Positions 16,775-25,726 of a stretch of DNA of 38,580 nt are shown here, in pieces. Source of the DNA: a virus; IMG/VR virus record IMGVR_UViG_3300045988_075530, positions 1 through 38,580 of that record; one strand, 5' to 3'. Within the stretch, counting starts at the first letter, position 1, and each line of letters opens with the position of its first letter. The translations under genes and the position numbers were made by a program. The notes beneath the pieces are model-generated. The model saw only the letters and a list, made by a program, of their open reading frames with translations, did not search any database and was not told the DNA's origin.

Positions 16775-19700
16775 TGGCAAAGAAAAAGTCTGCTGCTCCC
16801 AGTGGTCTGTCTATATCGAGAGACAATCTGAAATTTACAATATCTTGGAAAATACCGGCGAAAAAATATGAGGATGGACAGTGGCTGTGGTATCGTCTAC
16901 ATACAAAAAACGCCGGTGCATCCAAATGGGATTGGACAAAGTGGAAGAAAATAGATGTGGGAAAATCAGCAACCAAAAAAACAGTAGCACTTGATGCAAA
17001 AAATTATTATCCTGTCTCATCAAAATTATTAAATGCGATAGAGTTTAAGGTAAAGGGCAAAACAAAAAGTGATAAAAAGCATACCTATACAGCCGCACAT
17101 TCCACAAAGACATTTACCATTTATGCACCAAATGCCCCTTCCGTTTCTTATTCTCTTGATGATACTGGCGCAAATAAAGGTGCCTTTACTTGGAGCACAT
17201 CATACGAGGCGAATGATGCGAGACATTTCGCAAAAACACAGGTACAGACCGCGTTAATGACAAACTATAAGGGCGCCATTGCGAACGCTCGCTTTGCCAA
17301 TTCGGCTTATACAGGGGCTTCTGGTACATGGGAAATAACAGAGGATGGTTCCCCAACACAGAGTATGACATTCTGCCGCATTGTAAGGGTAAAGTCGAGA
17401 GGATGTGCCGGAGATTCCGGTTGGGGTTATGCGTACCATTATTACAGCATCCCGGAACGTCCAAACATACAGAACACAGGGAGCAAAGAGATAGGTTCCT
17501 CTAGCCGGTATGTATGGGCAAACTGGGTGCAGGCATCGCCACAAGACCGCCCTGTGGATTCCATGGAGCTACAATATGCCATAGACACGCCGGAAAGCGG
17601 AGAGAGGTATACCGGCACCTCATGGAGCACAGGAGTAACCGTTGCATACCATGACTACACGGTATCGGCAGATTTTAATACAGACGACGGCATAGCGGAA
17701 GACCAGATTATGTGGACAAGGGTGCAAAGTACGCACGATAAAAAATATGCGTATTCTGAGCCACGAGTAGCGGCACGAGGAGCCCTAAAATCCCCGTCAT
17801 TTGATACGGTATCAGCGACAGGAACAACACTGACAATTAACAGCATTGAGCGCAACACGGAAGTGCCTGACGCTAAAACAGCCGTCTGGATGAAAATAGA
17901 CAATGAAGAAAAAGGTATTATTGCAATCACCGACAAAGAGGGGACGATCACGGTTACGTGTCCGGACGTTTCCGGCGGCGCTGAATACCAGATTGCCCTC
18001 AAGAATTTTACCGGAACTTCTACGCCTCAGAATGGAGCGCCTGGCATTACCTACAAACTTAGCCCCCTCATGCAGTCAGGGTGGATTTACTCAGAGACAA
18101 GAAAAATTGCGGTTCCGCCGAAAAATATAACTGCAATGGCGGTGGCATCTGATACCGTGGAACTAACATGGGATTGGTCGTGGAAAAATGCGGATGCGGC
18201 TACCGTTGCGTGGGCAGACCACGAGGACGCATGGATTAGTACGGAAGCCCCAACTACTTATGACGTGGAGGACAGGGAAACAACGTGGCACATCGGGTCC
18301 CTGGAATCGGCAAAAACATATTATTTCCGCGTAAGATTGCGAGATACGTCCGGGGACGAAGAAGTGCTATCTCCTTGGTCTGATACGGTTTCCGTATCAC
18401 TGAGCGAGACACCAACAACACCTACATTAGCAACAACAGAAAACTATCTTAGTATGGACGACACAGTTATTTGTAGTGTCGGCTATACCGGAAACAGCAA
18501 AGCGAGCATAAAAATAGCGGAAGCGGTTAACGATGAGCCAGTTAAAGGCAAAGATGGAAACGTCGTTGTTTTAATGATGTCTTCCGGCATGGAGACATTA
18601 TCGGAAACTATTGAAAACATTAATAAAATCTATACTGCAAGTGGCCTTTTGAGCAATCTATGGAATGTAGGAGAAATCCATTATTTAAAAGCAATGGTTA
18701 CAGCACAGGGAGGCAAGGAAGGGGCATGGTCAGATTCTGTGGCTGTTGAAATTGTTGCAAAACCTGCGATAAACAGCGTGACAACAAATCTTGTTTCGGA
18801 ATCAACTGCATATAATTCTGGCGATGTTACCACGGAAACGAGCGACCAGGCAGTACCAGAATCATCGGAAGGCACAACAAACTATTTAGAGCAGCTACCG
18901 CTAACAATAGTCCCTTCCTTCGGGAATTCTTCTGGCACAGCAAAAGTGACGATTGTCAGGGACGAGGACTATTATATTCTCCGCCCGGACGGATTAAAGG
19001 AACAACATTTTTCCAATGAAATTATTGCTAGTTTTACTGGTAGCGAAACAGACAGCTACGCTATTGACTTGAGCGACCTGATCGGGCAGATGGATGACGG
19101 TGCAAGGTACAGCATACAGATTGCATTTACAGATATTTATGACCATGTGGCAGAAAAAAAGATACCGTTTGTTGTGCGGTGGAAACACCAGCCGGAAGTA
19201 CCAACGGCCGCTGTAAATACGATTGCAGACAACAAAACAGCGAGCATTGTTGTTGCTAAACCAACTACATATGCCGATGGGGATACATTCGACTTGTACC
19301 GGATGAGCGTAGACAGAGCAGAATTGATTCTGGAAAATGGGGTTTATGGACAGAAATATGTTGACCCATACCCGGCGTTAAATGAGTACGGCGGCATACT
19401 GGTTGTAAATAAAACCGCCAACGGTGACTATATAACGTCAGATAGTTCGTTTGCATGGTTATATAGCGATTTTTCCATCGAATATAAAAAGGCAATCATT
19501 GATTTTGACGGTGAATCTATCGAAATCCAGTATAACATTGACTGTGATAATTCGTGGGATAAAGATTTTGAGAGGACGGTATACCTTGGGGGCTCTGTGC
19601 AAGGCGATTGGAACCCAGCAGTCACTCGTGATTTAAAAATTGATGCAGTAAGTATCTCACTAACAGAACCAACGATGATTGAGCAAATGAGGCGGCTCGC

Positions 19701-19899
19701 AACGTATCCCGGAATATGCCACGTTAGGACACCAGATGGTTCATCGTTTTCCTGCGATATACAGGTGTCGGAGAAAAAAGACCACGATAATAAAATGAGG
19801 ACAGATTTCTCATTAACGATAAAAAAAGTGGATTCGGAAGAACTGGATGCTGTGACGGAAGAACAGTGGAACGCAGAGCATCCTAATGAGGTGGCGTGA
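16774..19899 (+). CDS. Very large distal tail protein (evolved Dit-like) with FN3/Ig-like insertions
   Basis: ATG overlaps the tape measure stop (TAATG). An FN3-like segment reads PPKNITAMAVASDTVELTWDW...YYFRVRLRD. Confidence 0.6.
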   Translation: MAKKKSAAPSGLSISRDNLKFTISWKIPAKKYEDGQWLWYRLHTKNAGASKWDWTKWKKIDVGKSATKKTVALDAKNYYPVSSKLLNAIEFKVKGKTKSDKKHTYTAAHSTKTFTIYAPNAPSVSYSLDDTGANKGAFTWSTSYEANDARHFAKTQVQTALMTNYKGAIANARFANSAYTGASGTWEITEDGSPTQSMTFCRIVRVKSRGCAGDSGWGYAYHYYSIPERPNIQNTGSKEIGSSSRYVWANWVQASPQDRPVDSMELQYAIDTPESGERYTGTSWSTGVTVAYHDYTVSADFNTDDGIAEDQIMWTRVQSTHDKKYAYSEPRVAARGALKSPSFDTVSATGTTLTINSIERNTEVPDAKTAVWMKIDNEEKGIIAITDKEGTITVTCPDVSGGAEYQIALKNFTGTSTPQNGAPGITYKLSPLMQSGWIYSETRKIAVPPKNITAMAVASDTVELTWDWSWKNADAATVAWADHEDAWISTEAPTTYDVEDRETTWHIGSLESAKTYYFRVRLRDTSGDEEVLSPWSDTVSVSLSETPTTPTLATTENYLSMDDTVICSVGYTGNSKASIKIAEAVNDEPVKGKDGNVVVLMMSSGMETLSETIENINKIYTASGLLSNLWNVGEIHYLKAMVTAQGGKEGAWSDSVAVEIVAKPAINSVTTNLVSESTAYNSGDVTTETSDQAVPESSEGTTNYLEQLPLTIVPSFGNSSGTAKVTIVRDEDYYILRPDGLKEQHFSNEIIASFTGSETDSYAIDLSDLIGQMDDGARYSIQIAFTDIYDHVAEKKIPFVVRWKHQPEVPTAAVNTIADNKTASIVVAKPTTYADGDTFDLYRMSVDRAELILENGVYGQKYVDPYPALNEYGGILVVNKTANGDYITSDSSFAWLYSDFSIEYKKAIIDFDGESIEIQYNIDCDNSWDKDFERTVYLGGSVQGDWNPAVTRDLKIDAVSISLTEPTMIEQMRRLATYPGICHVRTPDGSSFSCDIQVSEKKDHDNKMRTDFSLTIKKVDSEELDAVTEEQWNAEHPNEVA

Positions 19900-20912
19900 T
19901 GGATTGGAGCAAAGGATTTTCAGCAAGATATATTTTAACAACAGTTGACCCTAAGACGTGGACAGACCGTCAAGAATTTGAATTTACTGAGGGCAGTATT
20001 GACCGGGACAGCACGTCAGATTTAAGGGAATCTGCCTCCGTCACAATGACAGAAAAGATAACAGACAATGAGTGTTGGGTCCGCATTTACCTACAAGCCA
20101 AACAGGGAGGGTCGGGAGCAAAAGTAGCGCTATTTACTGGCCTGACCGCCTTCCCAGAAAGAAAGCTTGATGGTGTGAGAGAAACTTACAATATTGACTG
20201 TTATTCCGTTCTCAAGCCGGCAGATGATGTAATCCTGCCGCGTGGCTATTATGCACCAGCCGGTAGCGGAGCAAAACAGATTAAAAATCTGCTTAATGAT
20301 TGCATCCCCGCCCCTGTGTATGTCGAAGGAACATCGCCGATAACTACAGATAATATCGTTGCGGAAGATGGGGAAACAAGGCTCACAATGGCGCTGCATA
20401 TTTTAGATGCTATTGGTTGGCGGATACGAATACTTGGCGATGGAAGCATTGTTATCTGCGCAAATGATAATAATAGCAGTCTTACAGTGGGGATTAACGC
20501 AAACGACATCATAGAGTGCGATGTAACAGACACATTTAATTGGTACGACACACCGAACTGTTTTATGGCAATACATGACGATTACGGCGCAGCCATCGCG
20601 CGGGACGACAGCCCGGACAGTTATTTATCAACCGTCAGCCGGGGCAGGGAAGTGTGGAAATCGGAAACAGGCGTTGAATTATCTTCCGGGGAAAACATAG
20701 CGGCTTATGCCGTTAGAAAACTAAAAGAATTGCAGAATCCTGCCAGAACGATACAGTATAGCCGGCGATTTTTCGAGGACGTTCTTTTAGGCGATGTGGT
20801 CTTTCTAAATTATCCGAGACATGGCCTTACTGGAAAATTCAGAATAATATCACAAACCTTGTCGCTTGAACACGGATGCCGGACAAAGGAAGAGGTAGAG
20901 AGCATTGAATGA
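19899..20912 (+). CDS. Baseplate hub / tail-associated (Tal N-terminal-like) protein
   Basis: It follows the Dit-like gene and its start overlaps the upstream stop. Confidence 0.55.
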   Translation: MDWSKGFSARYILTTVDPKTWTDRQEFEFTEGSIDRDSTSDLRESASVTMTEKITDNECWVRIYLQAKQGGSGAKVALFTGLTAFPERKLDGVRETYNIDCYSVLKPADDVILPRGYYAPAGSGAKQIKNLLNDCIPAPVYVEGTSPITTDNIVAEDGETRLTMALHILDAIGWRIRILGDGSIVICANDNNSSLTVGINANDIIECDVTDTFNWYDTPNCFMAIHDDYGAAIARDDSPDSYLSTVSRGREVWKSETGVELSSGENIAAYAVRKLKELQNPARTIQYSRRFFEDVLLGDVVFLNYPRHGLTGKFRIISQTLSLEHGCRTKEEVESIE

Positions 20913-22098
20913 TTTCATAAAAGAGATTGCCTCGGCAATGAAAGAAAGCAAAACAAAGCCTTACGACACGGTTGCAAAAGTCCTTCGCGTTGACGAAAAA
21001 ACGGCATATGTCCACATTGACGGTGGAGCAGATGAAACCCCCGCACAGATGGCGATTAATTGTAAGACAGGTGACACAGTAAAAATCCGTGTCAGCGGCG
21101 GAAAAGCATGGTTAACAGGAAACATTACAGCACCACCTACAGATGACTCTGTTGCAATTAAAGCGAATAAGACAGCTACTAAGGTAAAGAAATCCTACGA
21201 GAACTTTAAAGATGTTACTGAGGAAAACTTTAGCAGTCAGGAAGACAAGATAGTAGAGGCTGCTAAAGTTGCAACTAACTTCATGAAATATATCGAAGGA
21301 CTTGGATTAGTTGTCGGTGACATGCGAGGAAATACGCTTGGACAGAACGCGTTACTTGACGCAAATGGAATGTGTGTGCGCAACAATAACAGCGAAATTG
21401 TACGATTTGGAATTACAGATATTAAGGTAGTGAATGAAGATGGAGACCCTGTTTATAGTGGTACTGGTTCTGTTGTAAAGTCACAAAACAACATTGTTGT
21501 TTCGACACAGCAAACAAAAGATGCGAGTAATACTAATGCCGGTGGTAAGGCTGCACTTGAATTATATTATGATAGTGCAAAAGATAATATGGGTCTCTCG
21601 TTATCTGTAAAAAGCGGAACGTCCTATACTGATTTGTACGAAAGCATTGGAAATGGGATATATGCTGATAACTCTAATACAAAGATTGTGTCTTCAGACG
21701 TAATAAAGTTGGATGCAGGGAGAATATATTTATCTACTTATTTAGGGACTTGGAGACCATATTTTTGCGCTGGCGATTCGATCAGTGCAACTTTTGGTAC
21801 TGCTGGATATATTACGAGTTCCGGCAAGGATGTCATTTTTATAATTCCATTATCAAAACCAATAGTTGGGAACCCAACGGTAACAGTAACAAGTGTGGAA
21901 GGGCTTATGGTCCGACAAAATAATAAGTATTTGTATGGTGGCTCGTCAACAAAATATGTCAAACCTAGCAAATATACTGTACACTCAACGCTTAGTGGAG
22001 GCTGCATCCATGTATTTGCAACAATGTCAAATACTACAGATGTTATAAACAATAGTCCTTGCGGCATCTATGCTAATATTAAAATAACATTCTCATAG
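20905..22098 (+). CDS. Tail fibre / central fibre or receptor-binding protein candidate
   Basis: Position in the baseplate module. The only in-frame start near the upstream stop is TTG. Confidence 0.45.
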   Translation: MNDFIKEIASAMKESKTKPYDTVAKVLRVDEKTAYVHIDGGADETPAQMAINCKTGDTVKIRVSGGKAWLTGNITAPPTDDSVAIKANKTATKVKKSYENFKDVTEENFSSQEDKIVEAAKVATNFMKYIEGLGLVVGDMRGNTLGQNALLDANGMCVRNNNSEIVRFGITDIKVVNEDGDPVYSGTGSVVKSQNNIVVSTQQTKDASNTNAGGKAALELYYDSAKDNMGLSLSVKSGTSYTDLYESIGNGIYADNSNTKIVSSDVIKLDAGRIYLSTYLGTWRPYFCAGDSISATFGTAGYITSSGKDVIFIIPLSKPIVGNPTVTVTSVEGLMVRQNNKYLYGGSSTKYVKPSKYTVHSTLSGGCIHVFATMSNTTDVINNSPCGIYANIKITFS

Positions 22099-22109
22099 GA
22101 GGAATAAAA

Positions 22110-22379
22110 TTGGCTTTAAAAAAAGAAATTCGTCAAAGCGACGGCGTAGTTACTAATTATCACAGAATATTATATATTCAGTCTACAATCAACAGTCATG
22201 ATTCAATAGCTGTAGTATCTTATGTAGATGAGATTGGTAGAGCTATGGAAAGCAACGGTGACAGACCGTACAGAGCCGCTGTTACATATGAGAAAGAGTA
22301 TGAAGAGAATATGACTATTGAAGATGCTTATAAGTATCTCAAAACACTTCCAGATTACGAAGATGCAGAGGATATCTGA
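22110..22379 (+). CDS. Hypothetical structural-module protein (89 aa)
   Basis: TTG start 7 nt after aggagg. Confidence 0.5.
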   Translation: MALKKEIRQSDGVVTNYHRILYIQSTINSHDSIAVVSYVDEIGRAMESNGDRPYRAAVTYEKEYEENMTIEDAYKYLKTLPDYEDAEDI

Positions 22380-22407
22380 TACAATTTATGCATAAGGAGG
22401 CGAAAGC

Positions 22408-22647
22408 ATGATAGCTAGTGGAACAATAATTATTGATGGACAGACATACCGCAAAGGAGATGTTATACACGATTTAGGCAGCTGGGATTGCATAGATACG
22501 GACGGAAGTAAGCGGTATTACTGGGGGAAGTCTTCTGAAGTAGACAAATTACCTCATTATGTTGCAAGTGGTTCGACGGCGTTATGCGTAGACACGGGGG
22601 AATTATATGGCTTTTATGCACCTGATAGCAAGTGGTTTTTACTTTAG
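22408..22647 (+). CDS. Hypothetical structural-module protein (79 aa)
   Basis: SD aaggagg is present. Confidence 0.55.
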   Translation: MIASGTIIIDGQTYRKGDVIHDLGSWDCIDTDGSKRYYWGKSSEVDKLPHYVASGSTALCVDTGELYGFYAPDSKWFLL

Positions 22648-22660
22648 GGAGGTGTAGGAC

Positions 22661-23602
22661 ATGAGAAAAAGTGGCTTAACGGGAGATGAGGCGTATATAC
22701 TCTCAAAACATGGGAAAACAACAGAAGACCTTGGCCCGTTAAAAAAAGAAATTAGTTTGATAAAGGAAGACTTGGCATCTAAAGCCGATAAAACATCCCT
22801 TGCACAAACTGACAGAAAGCTCGATGCTCTCTGGAAACTCAATCAGGGTATCAGCTATGAATTTCAGACAGATGATACAGAAGCATATCAGAAAACTGTT
22901 CCGAGTGGTGCAAAGATGGTAAGCATTAAAAGTATTGGCGGTAAGACGATTGTCTGGAATCAGATGATTTCAGATGGTGTAGGAGAACTGATGGGCGCAC
23001 CTGTGAATGAGGTTGTATATTTAGACACCAAAAATCAAGAAACATCCTATCCAATTCCACAAGCCATTCTTAATCTTCCTGGTTACGGTTGGTCAGCTGG
23101 GGATGCGAGAAATGAAGTGAATTGGGAGAATAAAAAGTATATCCAGAGAGTTGGCAAATATACCATTGATGGTTCTGAAATCATTTTTAAAGAAAATAAG
23201 TACTGGGTAATGACAGTTACGGATTTTGAAAAACCTAGACCATCAACAAAAAACGCTATTTGTGTTAACTTTAAAGTGGCTAATATATATACTCAGAAAT
23301 GGGGAGGTATAATCTTTAGACAAGAAAGTAATGGATTTGTATTTACGGATTCAGAATCTAAATTTGCTAATGAAAATGAAGTTAAGGATTACTTTCAGCA
23401 AAACAATGAAACCATATATTACGAACTCAATGAGGAACGGATAACTGACATTTCCGACATCATAGACAATACCTTCCAAGAACCAATCGAAGTAGAAGTA
23501 GGCGGTACACTGACATTTAGAAACAGTCACGGTGATGATTACAGAATCCCTGTACCAAGCTCTGAGGAATATGTAATATCTTTAGCGGAGGTGGCAAAAT
23601 GA
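22661..23602 (+). CDS. Tail fibre / receptor-binding protein candidate with N-terminal coiled coil
   Basis: SD gggaggtg is present. The N-terminal heptad-like segment is LKKEISLIKEDLASKADKTSLAQTDRKLDALWKL. Confidence 0.45.
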   Translation: MRKSGLTGDEAYILSKHGKTTEDLGPLKKEISLIKEDLASKADKTSLAQTDRKLDALWKLNQGISYEFQTDDTEAYQKTVPSGAKMVSIKSIGGKTIVWNQMISDGVGELMGAPVNEVVYLDTKNQETSYPIPQAILNLPGYGWSAGDARNEVNWENKKYIQRVGKYTIDGSEIIFKENKYWVMTVTDFEKPRPSTKNAICVNFKVANIYTQKWGGIIFRQESNGFVFTDSESKFANENEVKDYFQQNNETIYYELNEERITDISDIIDNTFQEPIEVEVGGTLTFRNSHGDDYRIPVPSSEEYVISLAEVAK

Positions 23603-23751
23603 CTGAAGCGCAGAAAAAAATGATGGAGAAACTTAGTCTGGCTGAATCAGACTTTGAGAAAAAAGAAACGGTGGTAAGCAATGAAGAACGTATCAATGAC
23701 CTTGAGATTGCTGTCTGCGAACTGCTTGAAACACTTGGAAATGCTGAATAA
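23599..23751 (+). CDS. Small coiled-coil protein (50 aa)
   Basis: ATGA overlap with the upstream gene. Translation is MTEAQKKMMEKLSLAESDFEKKETVVSNEERINDLEIAVCELLETLGNAE. It is below the track cutoff. Confidence 0.5.
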   Translation: MTEAQKKMMEKLSLAESDFEKKETVVSNEERINDLEIAVCELLETLGNAE

Positions 23752-23767
23752 GAAAAGGAGAAATAAA

Positions 23768-23944
23768 ATGATGGCAAAAGTATATTTTAACAGATTGATT
23801 GTAGGAACTATTACATATGATGCAATTCCTGAGAAATATCAGGATAAAGTAAGAGAATATGGTATTGAGTATGTGAAAAAAGGAAAACTTCCTGTAGAAG
23901 AATATGAAATGCTATATAAAGAGGAATATCCAGAGGGTAAGTAA
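23768..23944 (+). CDS. XkdX-like small protein (58 aa)
   Basis: SD aaaaggag is present. VYFNRLIVGTITYDAIPEKYQDKV...EEYEMLY resembles the XkdX pattern found between fibre and lysis genes. Confidence 0.5.
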   Translation: MMAKVYFNRLIVGTITYDAIPEKYQDKVREYGIEYVKKGKLPVEEYEMLYKEEYPEGK

Positions 23945-24005
23945 TTAACTAAAAGAAGCTTTAATTAATTTATAAAAACAAAAGAAAAATAATTTTTAAG
24001 GAGGA

Positions 24006-24353
24006 ATGGAGATGGTAGATATTATGTTACCCTTAATAACTTGTATTTTTGTAGTTTTTGATTTGGTTAGCGGTGGAGTAGCTGCCTGCGCTAACCACGA
24101 GTGGAAATCCTCAGAAATGAGGAAAGGATTGTACCACAAATTTGGCTCTATCATGCTTGTAGTGCTTGCGTACCTTATTGATTACGCTCAGAAATATGTA
24201 GACCTAGGCTTCCAGGTACCTATTGCCGCAGGTGTGTGTGTATACATCATTTTAATGGAACTTGGTTCTATTGTGGAGAATATCGGCAAAATCAACCCGG
24301 ATTTATTGCCGGACAAGGTTAGAGCAATTTTAGGACTGGACAAAATGAAATAA
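24006..24353 (+). CDS. Holin (Phage_holin_4_1-like)
   Basis: SD aaggagg is present. There are three hydrophobic segments, and the motif VYIILMELGSIVENIGKINPDLLP is typical of the toxin-secretion/phage-lysis holin family. Confidence 0.8.
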   Translation: MEMVDIMLPLITCIFVVFDLVSGGVAACANHEWKSSEMRKGLYHKFGSIMLVVLAYLIDYAQKYVDLGFQVPIAAGVCVYIILMELGSIVENIGKINPDLLPDKVRAILGLDKMK

Positions 24354-24387
24354 ATTTACGTAATTTTTGCGTGTTTGAGGTGATACA

Positions 24388-24639
24388 GTGAACAGAAGTT
24401 TGATAAAAAAACTCTGGAAATTAGGCGATAAACAATTTATTGATTACGCCTTGTCGTGTGCCCGTTTAACCTTGCGGGAACGCGAAACTGTACAGTACTT
24501 GCTTTTTGACGGATTAACGCAGGAGCAAGCCGCCGAGAAAATGGATATAAGCACGAGAGGATTACAGGGGCTGTGGAGTTGCGCCGTCGAAAAAATTTTG
24601 TTAGTTCCCGGCACAATCCCGTACATAAACAGCCTTTAA
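24388..24639 (+). CDS. Sigma-70 region-4 / LuxR-type HTH-only small protein
   Basis: LTLRERETVQYLLFDGLTQEQAAEKMDISTRGLQ. GTG start after gaggtga. Confidence 0.55.
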   Translation: MNRSLIKKLWKLGDKQFIDYALSCARLTLRERETVQYLLFDGLTQEQAAEKMDISTRGLQGLWSCAVEKILLVPGTIPYINSL

Positions 24640-24670
24640 AAAACTAAAGATAACTAAAAATCATGTGAGA

Positions 24671-24710
24671 AATAAGCGCGTTGCCTTCGTGGTGACACGC
24701 TTATTTTTTT
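24671..24710 (+). terminator. Rho-independent terminator ending the late operon
   Basis: Stem aataagcg / cgcttatt is followed by a run of T. Confidence 0.75.
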
Positions 24711-24741
24711 GCGATAATAAAACTATAAGGAGGGCGGAGAG

Positions 24742-25119
24742 ATGTATCAATATTGGAATCCAAACCCAGCGGCGGCAAAAGTGGGAGATTGCACCGTGCG
24801 CGCTATCTCAAAGGCTATGGGGCAGACGTGGGAAGAAACATATATACAGCTTGCCCTGTACGGCTTAATGTTGTCGGATATGCCTTCGGCTAATGCGGTG
24901 TGGGGCGCATACCTCAAAGACAATGGATTTAGCCGTTATATAATCCCAGACGAATACATGACTTGTACCGTCTCAGAATTTGCAAACAACCACCCGGAAG
25001 GGGCTTATATATTAGCACTGTCGGGGCACGTTATAGCGGTAATTGACGGTAATTACTACGACACGTGGGACAGTGGAGCAATGACACCAATATATTACTG
25101 GAGGGAAGGAGGAAAATAA
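24742..25119 (+). CDS. Papain-fold (Cys-His-Asp) peptidase-like protein, cargo gene 1
   Basis: SD aaggaggg is present. Candidate Cys is in VGDCTVRAISKAMG, and candidate His/Asp in SGHVIAVIDGNYYDTWDSG. Confidence 0.45.
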   Translation: MYQYWNPNPAAAKVGDCTVRAISKAMGQTWEETYIQLALYGLMLSDMPSANAVWGAYLKDNGFSRYIIPDEYMTCTVSEFANNHPEGAYILALSGHVIAVIDGNYYDTWDSGAMTPIYYWREGGK

Positions 25120-25626
25120 ATGTTCGGTTATCCACAATATCCACAACAATATCCACAGTATCCGCAATATCCACAACCGGATTATCTTGACCAGCTCAAT
25201 CGACTAAAACAACAGCAGGCGCCGCCTCAACAAATGCAACAGCAATCTAATCCTGATGAGCGGATTTGGGTGCAAGGACAGGGCGCGGCGGAGGCGTATT
25301 TAGTAGCACCAAATTCTTTTGTCCGTTTGTGGGACAGCCAAGCACCGATTTTTTATGAAAAAAGAGCGGACCAGACGGGCAGACCGTTTTTAGAGGTGTT
25401 TGAATATAAGCGAAAAGGCACAGATTCGCCCACAGCGGAGCTTTCACAGTCTAGCCAACCAATTAACTACGAGGAACGCTTAAATGCCTTAGAAAGGCAA
25501 ATGGAGACGTTAAGAAGGAGGGTATTGAATGAATCTCAATCCAATGCAGATGATACAGCAGTTTCAACAGTTCAGACAGCAGTTTCAGGGGGACCCGAAG
25601 CAGGAAGTGCAAAACCTGCTAAATAG
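25120..25626 (+). CDS. Y/P/Q-repeat, Q-rich protein, cargo gene 2
   Basis: The ATG directly follows the previous TAA. The N-terminus is YPQYPQQYPQYPQYPQP, encoded by five tatccacaa-type repeats. A conserved-looking core reads ERIWVQGQGAAEAYLVAPNSFVRLWDSQAPIFYEKRAD. Confidence 0.7.
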   Translation: MFGYPQYPQQYPQYPQYPQPDYLDQLNRLKQQQAPPQQMQQQSNPDERIWVQGQGAAEAYLVAPNSFVRLWDSQAPIFYEKRADQTGRPFLEVFEYKRKGTDSPTAELSQSSQPINYEERLNALERQMETLRRRVLNESQSNADDTAVSTVQTAVSGGPEAGSAKPAK

Positions 25627-25708
25627 CGGACAAATGAGCCAGCAACAGTATAACCAGTTGCAGGGTATGGCAACACAGTTTCAAAACCTTTTAAAGGGTT
25701 TTAAATAA
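25529..25708 (+). CDS. Q-rich 59-aa protein, overlapping the 3' end of the previous ORF
   Basis: SD aaggaggg lies 7 nt before the ATG. Translation is MNLNPMQMIQQFQQFRQQFQGDPKQEVQNLLNSGQMSQQQYNQLQGMATQFQNLLKGFK. It is below the track cutoff. Confidence 0.5.
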   Translation: MNLNPMQMIQQFQQFRQQFQGDPKQEVQNLLNSGQMSQQQYNQLQGMATQFQNLLKGFK

Positions 25709-25726
25709 ATAAAAAGGAGTGATTTC

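Noticed and set aside
16774-23602. Diversity-generating retroelement targeting a tail fibre gene.
   Set aside because: There is no reverse transcriptase gene anywhere in the genome, and I found no template/variable repeat pair near the fibre genes.
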